Origin: an uncultured delta proteobacterium
Lineage (GTDB): Bacteria > Desulfobacterota > Binatia > UBA9968
NCBI GenBank assembly: GCA_963847445.1
Contig: CAWJZV010000010.1
Location: 1 to 11,030 of the forward strand
Direction: 5' to 3'
DNA: 11,030 bases
The notes beneath the pieces were generated by a model. The model had not been told where the DNA came from, made no database searches, and saw only the letters and a list, made by a program, of their open reading frames with translations. The position numbers and the translations under genes are program-made. How positions within the stretch are numbered: the first letter of the stretch is position 1; the number at the start of each line of letters is the position of its first letter. Of the stretch, positions 1-6,753 are shown in pieces.

Positions 1-2
1 CA

Positions 3-92
3 TTAGGCGTCGACATACACCAAGCCGAGTTTTGGCAGAAAGGGTTTGAGGAGATCAGTGTGTTAGTCAGGAAGTTGCAATCACTGATCTAG
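3..92 (+). CDS. 3' end of a gene entering from the left edge; probable M3-family oligoendopeptidase (PepF-like) C-terminus
   Basis: Hand translation from position 3 gives LGVDIHQAEFWQKGFEEISVLVRKLQSLI*, TAG at 90-92. The GVD-x4-FWQxG pattern followed by an amphipathic helix resembles M3B oligoendopeptidase C-termini. Only 29 codons are visible. Confidence 0.55.
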   Translation, partial: LGVDIHQAEFWQKGFEEISVLVRKLQSLI

Positions 93-166
93 AAAATGCT
101 CAATTCCTCGCCCTGGGATTCGCGCAACAGATTTGGCAGCTCCGATAAGCCCGCTCTCGCAGGCTA

Positions 167-1610
167 TTACTTCATGCGAAAACTCGGCGGCACGACTTCG
201 TCGATCGGTCTTGCCGGTCCAATGCCACTTGGAGACGCTGTCCCAGACTTGTTCGCCCTTGGTCTGAACTTTGTCGAGCAACTCCTGTTCGTCCAGGCGC
301 AAATACTTGCCGTTGTCGACCAGGGTTTCGCCGTCGACGATGACGGTGCGCACATCGCGACTAACGGCGGTTTCCATCAACGAACGGATCGGATCGTGCA
401 CGGCGCCGAAGGCAAGATCGCGCAGATTGACAATGGCAATGTCGGCTTTGGCGCCTTTCGCTAGCCGGCCGATGTCGTCGCGGCCGATCATCTTGGCGCC
501 GCCGAGGGTGATGGAATTGAAGACATCGCGCGGCTGACCGGCGAGAAAACTCTTGTCGGCGATGCGCGAGGCGATGCCGGCGTAGCGCATGTCGGAGAGA
601 ATGTCTTTGGGGAAGGTGTCCGTGCCGATGCCCATGTTAATACCGGCCTGGCGGTAGCGGTCGAAGGATTCCATGAGAATGCCCAGCTTCAAATATTTAA
701 GCGGGCTATAGGCTACCGACGAGCCCGAGTCGGCGATGATTCTAAGATCGTCGCCGTAGGGATAGGCGAGCCAGCTATGGCCGCTGACAAAGATGCAGTG
801 CGACAATGAAACATCAGGCGCCAGGAAGCCGAGCTTTTTCAATAGCTCGATCGGGGTGCAGCGTTCGCGCTGCATGACCGTGTGGAACTCGAACAGATTG
901 ATCGTCGCATGAATCTGAATGCCGACGCCGGCATCCCTGGCAGCGGTTTTGGTTTCCTTCAGCAACGCCGGCGTGCACGAGTCGACATGGCCGGGAAACA
1001 ACATCGCCGTCATGCGGCCGCTGCACGCGCCGTTGAACTTTTTGGCGAAGTCCACCGCGGTCTGGAGGCCTTTGCTGCCGCGTTCGTCGTTCCAATCATA
1101 TTCGAGCCGGCCCGCTTTATCGTGGAAAAAGGAAACGTTCTTGTAGCTCGGACCGGCGACGCAGCGAATACCGACCTGATCGATCATGTCGACATAGCGC
1201 GCCGGCTCAGCGCCGGCGCCGCCGATGTCGAAGGTCGTGGTCACGCCGCTTTTCAAAACGTGAATAATCGAAAACCGCTGGCCGATGTCGACGTCTTTCA
1301 AATGCGCCGAGTGCGCGCCCTCGCGGGTCGGCCCGCCGTGAGCGAGATAATTCGACGCAAAGAAATCGGTCTTGGTCGAATCCGCGAGAATGTAGTCGCT
1401 GGCATTGATGCCGGAGTGAAAGTGAGTGTCGATGAATCCAGGCGAAACCAAGCAGCCTTTTGCATCGATCCGCTTGTCGACCGGTTGTGGATAATCTTTG
1501 CCGACGAATTCGATGCGATTACCATCGTAAACGACCACGCCGTCTTTGATGATTTCGTGTTCGTTGCCGTCGAAGCCGACAACCCAGCCGCCTTGAATAA
1601 GTGTTTTCAT
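167..1610 (-). CDS. Metal-dependent amidohydrolase (Atz/Trz chlorohydrolase / MTA-SAH deaminase-like), with an apparent 1-nt insertion near 206-209
   Basis: Motifs PGFIDTHFH (HxH), IQIH, SHC, GIGTD and IGRLAKGAKADI. The family-like start MKTLIQGGWVV is the ATG at 1610 (the ORF track uses a GTG at 1658). The natural-looking end IDEVVPPSFRMK* (TAA 167-169) is in a shifted frame; without the shift the ORF runs to 81. Confidence 0.85.
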
Positions 1611-1676
1611 TGCCCGTGCCTTTCGGAGATTAAAGTGCGAATCAGTGGCAGGAGTCACTCCTTACCCCTTACCATC

Positions 1677-2717
1677 TTATCTGCTCCACAGCTCTTTCTG
1701 AAACCCGCTCTTCTCTAGGTTGATGACGAAAGTGTTATCGAAAATATCTTCCGCCTTTCGTTTCACCGGCAACCCGGAAGCCCGGTGCAGTTCGACCGAC
1801 TCGCTAACCGCTTGGCTTGGCACCATCATGCGCCGGTCGACGATTTCTTTGGCGTAGACATCATAGGAAACGTTGAGCGCTTCTTCGTCTTTGGTTCGCA
1901 TCACTTTAGCCATTGCAGCTTTGGATTTCGCCGGGTTCTTCTCGGCAAACTGCACCGCCTCGGCAAATGCGGCAACCATGCGTTGCACCACCTCGCCGCG
2001 CTCGCGAATCATCCGCGAACTGGTATGCAGGGAGCTATAGACAAACGGCAAATCCATGTCGATCAAACGATAAACAACATTGTAGCCATCGTTCTTCGCG
2101 CGCACGTCGAGGGGCGGCGTGATCACGACGCCTTGAACCAAGTTCGCTGTCATCGCTTGGTAGCGTTCCGATTGACTGCCACCGATGGGGCGCATGGTGA
2201 CATCGGCAAGATTAAAGCGCTTGACCAACTGGCGCGACAGCCGATCGCTGAGATCGCCGGGACGCACGATGCCGAGCGACTTACCGCGGAGATCTTCGAG
2301 CCGGCGTATCTCTTTCTGGGTGACTAGAACGAAGGGCATCTTCACCAACGGCGCGGCGACAATCCTGGCGTCGATGCCGCTCACCAGCGCGGGGATCGTC
2401 GCTTCCGCGGCGCAATAGAGAAACTGAATCTCATCCGCCATCAGGGCTGCCAATGACGGTCCGGTACCGCGGATGTAGATATGTTCGAGCTTGAAGCCGT
2501 ATTTGTCGAATAAATTGTTTTCCAGCGCGGTGTAGAGATGCACGAATCCGCCGGTGACCGAACAGGTTGCGATCCGTAGACGAAGCGGTGCTTCGCCGGG
2601 CTTGGCAATATAAGGATTAGCGTGGGCAACCCCAAACCAGAAACAAAGCGTAACCGCCAAGACTAGGAAGCGATACTTGGCGGAACGGAAAATTTCGACT
2701 TGCGCCTTATTCCTCAT
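1677..2717 (-). CDS. ABC-type solute-binding protein, NMT1/THI5-SsuA/TauA-like
   Basis: 346 aa; signal-peptide-like N-terminus ending AHA; EIRRLEDLRGKSLG and MVAAFAEAVQF segments typical of the family; AGGAG upstream. Confidence 0.85.
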   Translation of the reverse strand: MRNKAQVEIFRSAKYRFLVLAVTLCFWFGVAHANPYIAKPGEAPLRLRIATCSVTGGFVHLYTALENNLFDKYGFKLEHIYIRGTGPSLAALMADEIQFLYCAAEATIPALVSGIDARIVAAPLVKMPFVLVTQKEIRRLEDLRGKSLGIVRPGDLSDRLSRQLVKRFNLADVTMRPIGGSQSERYQAMTANLVQGVVITPPLDVRAKNDGYNVVYRLIDMDLPFVYSSLHTSSRMIRERGEVVQRMVAAFAEAVQFAEKNPAKSKAAMAKVMRTKDEEALNVSYDVYAKEIVDRRMMVPSQAVSESVELHRASGLPVKRKAEDIFDNTFVINLEKSGFQKELWSR

Positions 2718-2735
2718 CCCTGACTCCTGACCGCC

Positions 2736-3803
2736 TTATCGGCCCCAAAGCTCTCTCTGAAAGCCGCTTTGCTCCAAGTGATTGACGAAGCTATTATCGT
2801 AAATATCTTCGGCCTTACGTTTAATCGGTGTGCCCAACGAACGATAGAGTTCAAGCGAGTCGTTCACAGCTTGCCCCGGCACGATCATGCGCCGATCGAC
2901 AATGTCTTTGGTATAGACATTGTACGACACCTGTAAAGCTTCGTCGTCTTTCGTACGCATGATTTTAGCAATGGCAGATTTAGTTTTGACCGGATTCTTA
3001 TCGACGTAATGTATCGCTTCGGCAAATGCCGCGACCATGCGCTGGACCATTTCGGGCCGGTCGCGCACGGTGCGCGAGGTCACATGTACGGAACTGTAAA
3101 TAAACGGAATATCCAAGTCGATCAGGCGGTACAGCACGTTGTAACCGTCATTTTTAGCGCGCACATCGATGGGCGGGGTGATGACGACGCCTTGCACCAG
3201 GTTCGCCGCCATCGCCTGGTAACGCTCATTTTGACTGCCGCCGACAGGCCGGATGATGACGTCGGCAACATTAAAACGCTTGACCATGGCACGCGACAAC
3301 CGGTCGCTCAAATCGCCGGCCCTTGCCACGCCCAGCGCTTTGCCTTTGAGATCCTCCATGCGGCGGATCTCCTTGCGTGTGACCAAGACGTAGGGCAATT
3401 TAACTAACGGCGCGGCAACCAACTTAACGTCGATGCCGGCCGCCAGCGATGGCAGCGTCGCATCGGCGGCGCAGTAGAGAAATTGGATCTCGTCGGCCAT
3501 CAGCGCGGCCAGTGCCGGCCCACTGCCGCGGATAAACACATGCTCCATTTTGAATCCGTATTTGTCGAAAAGACCGTTTTCCAGCGCGGTATAGAGGTGA
3601 GCGAACCCGCCGGACACGGCACAAGTCGCGATGCGGATGGTCATGGACCGTTCGCTGGGACGGGCGAGATAAGGATTAACCTGGGCGAACGCGGTGCTGA
3701 GAATAATGAGAGGCAGCGAGAGCAGCGCCAATGGCTGAATTAGTAACTTGCGCAATCCGACATGCCAATTGAAACGTTTGATCGTTGCCAACCGCAGACC
3801 CAT
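2736..3803 (-). CDS. ABC-type solute-binding protein, NMT1/THI5-SsuA/TauA-like; paralog of 1677-2717
   Basis: 355 aa; signal-peptide-like N-terminus ending AFA; colinear with the neighbour from NPY onward; GAGGT 7 nt upstream of the ATG. Confidence 0.85.
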   Translation of the reverse strand: MGLRLATIKRFNWHVGLRKLLIQPLALLSLPLIILSTAFAQVNPYLARPSERSMTIRIATCAVSGGFAHLYTALENGLFDKYGFKMEHVFIRGSGPALAALMADEIQFLYCAADATLPSLAAGIDVKLVAAPLVKLPYVLVTRKEIRRMEDLKGKALGVARAGDLSDRLSRAMVKRFNVADVIIRPVGGSQNERYQAMAANLVQGVVITPPIDVRAKNDGYNVLYRLIDLDIPFIYSSVHVTSRTVRDRPEMVQRMVAAFAEAIHYVDKNPVKTKSAIAKIMRTKDDEALQVSYNVYTKDIVDRRMIVPGQAVNDSLELYRSLGTPIKRKAEDIYDNSFVNHLEQSGFQRELWGR

Positions 3804-3850
3804 TTAGGAGACCTCGCTTGAAACTTAATCCGGCTACCCCGCAGTGGCGG

Positions 3851-3879
3851 ATATTAGATGATTCTCGCTGGTTGCTCAA
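3851..3879 (-). promoter_or_regulatory. Putative sigma70 promoter for the SBP-SBP-amidohydrolase block
   Basis: Minus strand reads TTGAGC-N17-TAATAT, ending 47 nt before the ATG at 3803. Confidence 0.4.
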
Positions 3880-4026
3880 TCTACAAAACGGCATATTCAT
3901 CGCGCAATACTTTTGGGCTCTGAGGACAACCGGGCGGTGGACTTGACGGCGCAGCTGGCGGTCGATGGCCGCGCCAGAGCTAGATCAAATGGACTTGGAA
4001 AGACGCTTTATTAGCGGGAAAAAGTT

Positions 4027-4083
4027 AAAAAAACCGCTCACTTGCCGGGAGGCTGCTGGGAGGCATGGCAAGCTGAGCGGTTT
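4027..4083 (-). terminator. Intrinsic terminator downstream of degP
   Basis: Minus strand AAACCGCTCA-G-CTTGCC / 20-nt loop / GGCAAG-TGAGCGGTTT running into a 7-T tract; starts 15 nt after the stop codon. Confidence 0.8.
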
Positions 4084-4098
4084 CCACCGGCCGCAGGG

Positions 4099-5571
4099 TC
4101 AGCGCTTCAATGCCAGGAACAAACTGCTCTGACCGCGGCGCACCAAAAACAGGACTGATTTAGCTTTATCGTTGCCGGCGATTTCGCGATTGTAGTCGGC
4201 GAGATTTTTCACCGGCCGGCGATTGATCTCGACCAGCACATCACCGGAGCGTAAGCCCGCCTCTTCCGCGGCGCTCCCCGGTTTCACCGCCGAGATGACC
4301 AAGCCGGCACCCCGCTCTAAACCGAGGGTTTCGGCCAGTTGTGGAGTCAGCGGCTGGACGGTCAAGCCGAGTTCGCCCTCCTGCGCGGCGGCAGTGACTT
4401 CGGCTTCTTTCATCTCGCCGATGGTCAGCGACAGTGCGGTTTCCCTGCCATCGCGAATCACTTTGATTTGCACCGCTGCACCCGGCACCACTCGCGCCAC
4501 TTGCTGCGGCAGGTCGGCCGAGTCTTTGATCGGCCGACGGTCGAACTCGATGATGACATCGCCGGTTTTCATCCCGGCGCGCTCCGCCGGTCCGCCTTTG
4601 ACCAGGTCGGCGACCAAGGCGCCACGCGCCGGATTGATGCCCAAGGATTCGGCAATTTCAGGGCTGACCTTTTGCACCGAAACACCAATGAAGCCACGCA
4701 CGACTTTGCCCTTATCGCGTAACTGCGGCAACAGTTCTTTGACGGAGTTGGATGGAATGGCGAAGCCGATGCCGATATTGCCGCCGGACTGGCTAAAGAT
4801 CGCGGTATTGATGCCCACGACTTCGCCGCGCAGATTGAGCAGCGGACCGCCCGAGTTACCCGGATTGATCGAGGCATCGGTCTGAATAAAGTTGTCGTAC
4901 GGCCCTTGGCCGATATTGCGCCCCTTGGCGCTGACGATACCGGAAGTAACCGTGTGATCGAGGCCGAACGGATTGCCGATCGCCATGACCCACTCGCCGA
5001 CTTCGAGTCGGTCCGAGTCGCCGAGAGCTGCCGCGGGTAAGTCGCGACCAGCTTCGATTTTGATCACCGCGATGTCGCTCTTTTGGTCCTTACCGATTAC
5101 TTTCGCGTCATAGTTTTTGCCGTCAGACAATGTCACGCTAAGTTTTTGCGCGCCGTCGACAACATGGTAGTTGGTCAAAATCGTGCCGTTGCCGTCGACG
5201 ATGAAGCCCGAACCGACGCCGCTTTGGCGCTGTGGCCCGCGCGGTGTGCGCCCGCCGAAGAATCGCTGCCAGAACTCTTCCCCGGGATCGTTACCACCAA
5301 ACGGTGAGGGTGCTTCCTGCGCCGCGCCGCGGATTCTGCTGGTCGAGACGTTCACCACCGAAGGTCCCAGTTTCTTGGCCAAGCTGATGAAGTCTGGTAA
5401 ACTCTGCGCCGTCGCAACCGGACTGCTTGCGGCATGGGCCGGCTGGCGACCACCTTGATAGTATTCGATGATGCTTACCCCTCCCATGCCCGCCAAGACG
5501 GCGATCGCACAGGCACCCATGAAGGGGGTCATTCTGAAACGAGTTGGCTGCTGGTCTGAGGACCGAGACAT
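4099..5571 (-). CDS. degP: HtrA/Do-family serine endoprotease (DegP/DegQ) with two PDZ domains
   Basis: Catalytic triad motifs TNYHV, SDIAVI and DASINPGNSGGPL; GSGFI; two PDZ domains; N-terminal hydrophobic segment; GGAGG upstream. degP versus degQ cannot be settled by eye. Confidence 0.93.
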   Translation of the reverse strand: MSRSSDQQPTRFRMTPFMGACAIAVLAGMGGVSIIEYYQGGRQPAHAASSPVATAQSLPDFISLAKKLGPSVVNVSTSRIRGAAQEAPSPFGGNDPGEEFWQRFFGGRTPRGPQRQSGVGSGFIVDGNGTILTNYHVVDGAQKLSVTLSDGKNYDAKVIGKDQKSDIAVIKIEAGRDLPAAALGDSDRLEVGEWVMAIGNPFGLDHTVTSGIVSAKGRNIGQGPYDNFIQTDASINPGNSGGPLLNLRGEVVGINTAIFSQSGGNIGIGFAIPSNSVKELLPQLRDKGKVVRGFIGVSVQKVSPEIAESLGINPARGALVADLVKGGPAERAGMKTGDVIIEFDRRPIKDSADLPQQVARVVPGAAVQIKVIRDGRETALSLTIGEMKEAEVTAAAQEGELGLTVQPLTPQLAETLGLERGAGLVISAVKPGSAAEEAGLRSGDVLVEINRRPVKNLADYNREIAGNDKAKSVLFLVRRGQSSLFLALKR

Positions 5572-5595
5572 AGTTTTTTTCTTCCTCCACTGACA

Positions 5596-5623
5596 TTAGA
5601 CGCGGCCACAGACGATTGGTTCC
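5596..5623 (-). promoter_or_regulatory. ECF-sigma (RpoE-like) promoter directly upstream of degP
   Basis: Minus strand GGAACC-N15-CGTCTAA, followed by the GGAGG SD. Confidence 0.7.
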
Positions 5624-5659
5624 TTTTGATGCTCCCATAGCTCCGCGTCGATAGGATGG

Positions 5660-6115
5660 TTAGCCGGCGAGCGACTGAGCCCGCACTTTGAGTGGACGGC
5701 CTTGGAACGCGGCATCCTTCCAGCGCAGCAGCCCAGCACGCATATACTCCGGATCTAGACCGAGAATTTCGCAAACATTGTCGAAGGAAAACAAATGGGA
5801 GCGGTCTTTGTCGAGGATCCACTCTTCGGCATCGCGATGCATCGCCTGCTTACGCTTGCAGTTCGAGCCGACGTTATCCTGAAAACAGCTCACCGCGTCG
5901 CGTAGCACGGCGAACATCAAAACCCGCTCAGCGTCCAAGTGCATCCGACGTGTCTGGGTCGCTAAGTACTGGCTCTCGATCAGCACATCCGGCTGAAAGA
6001 TCGCCATCGCACGCTCGTCGAGCTGCATGCGCGGCCCATTATTGTCTTTGACCCAGAATGGCTGGCGCTCACGATTGTCTTTAGATGTCGAAACCTTCGC
6101 TGGTTTTCTCCTCAT
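5660..6115 (-). CDS. Hypothetical protein, 151 aa, predicted helical
   Basis: Strong SD (AGGGGAGGT) before the ATG; motif-like core LMFAVLRDAVSCFQ...AEEWI...FSFDNVCEILGLDPEYMR; same strand as degP, 88 nt upstream of it. Confidence 0.8.
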   Translation of the reverse strand: MRRKPAKVSTSKDNRERQPFWVKDNNGPRMQLDERAMAIFQPDVLIESQYLATQTRRMHLDAERVLMFAVLRDAVSCFQDNVGSNCKRKQAMHRDAEEWILDKDRSHLFSFDNVCEILGLDPEYMRAGLLRWKDAAFQGRPLKVRAQSLAG

Positions 6116-6136
6116 AATACACCTCCCCTGAGTTGG

Positions 6137-6165
6137 TTAGACGACCCAGAGTTACTCAAGGTTCC
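6137..6165 (-). promoter_or_regulatory. ECF-sigma (RpoE-like) promoter upstream of the 151-aa gene
   Basis: Minus strand GGAACC-N16-CGTCTAA, followed by the SD; same boxes as at 5596-5623. Confidence 0.7.
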
Positions 6166-6208
6166 AAAATTTTAACAAATTCTTAAGCGAAAATCGCGCC
6201 GGTAATGG

Positions 6209-6546
6209 TCAGGCAAATCGCGCCAGGAGTCCACCCAGCCAGACCGCAAATAGCGCGACCATGACTTGCAGCGTGATGTTCAGTAACGCCGAGCAAAGGC
6301 GGACAAGGTGGTAAAGCCGCCGAGAATGCCGATGAACACGAATAACCTGAATTCGGAAGCGAAAATTCGCCGCTGTTCAGCAATCCCGCCGAGTAATCCG
6401 ATGACTAGGCAGCCAATAACATTCACCGCTAAATTCCCAGCCGGAAACCAGGGTTTGTCCAGAACGCGGAATACCTAGCCAGAGAACAGGTAGCACAGTA
6501 CCGATCCAATGAAACCGCCTGTGCCCACCAAAAAAATCGCTTTCAT
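6209..6546 (-). pseudogene. crcB: Fluoride efflux channel CrcB/FluC pseudogene
   Basis: Hand translation from ATG 6546: MKAIFLVGTGGFIGSVLCYLFSG*VFRVLDKPWFPAGNLAVNVIGCLVIG...LFVFIGILGGFTTLSAFA. After a frameshift near 6293 it continues SALLNITLQVMVALFAVWLGGLLARFA* (TGA 6209-6211). In-frame TAG at 6475-6477. Confidence 0.9.
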
Positions 6547-6636
6547 GAGTATTTACCGCCACTGATAGAGCCAATTTAAGTTAGTATCGACTCGTTTGCA
6601 CGAAGGTGCACCATGCCATATTAGCGGCATAGCGGC

Positions 6637-6652
6637 ACTAATAATTATTAGT
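6637..6652. promoter_or_regulatory. Perfect 16-bp AT-rich palindrome; candidate operator
   Basis: ACTAATAATTATTAGT equals its own reverse complement; it lies between the divergent crcB and ribBA genes. Confidence 0.45.
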
Positions 6653-6717
6653 CCGCCAATGCCAAGATCGCCGATTCTCTGTGGCAATCCTCGATCTCTG
6701 CCCAGCCACCCCACCGA

Positions 6718-6745
6718 TTGACCCCACCATGCAAGGTGATAAATT
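6718..6745 (+). promoter_or_regulatory. Putative sigma70 promoter of ribBA (near-leaderless)
   Basis: TTGACC-N16-TAAATT with an extended -10 TG; the ATG follows 8 nt later and there is no SD. Confidence 0.5.
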
Positions 6746-6753
6746 AACTGGCT

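Noticed and set aside
52-90. 9-bp inverted repeat AGATCAGTG / CACTGATCT
   Set aside because: It lies inside coding sequence with a 21-nt loop and no U tract; may be chance.
6128-6149. CTGGGTCGTCTAACCAACTCAG (minus strand) resembles a preQ1-I riboswitch stem-loop
   Set aside because: The required A-rich 3' tail is absent, the downstream gene is not queuosine-related, and the sequence is better explained as the ECF promoter -10 region.
6475-6477. In-frame TAG in crcB as recoding (pyrrolysine or alternative code)
   Set aside because: TAG is an ordinary stop in other genes here (ribBA, FmdB-like, OphC-like), and crcB has other disabling lesions.
6183-6574. ORF-track ORFs 6183-6383 and 6377-6574
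   Set aside because: They are off-frame readings across the crcB pseudogene.
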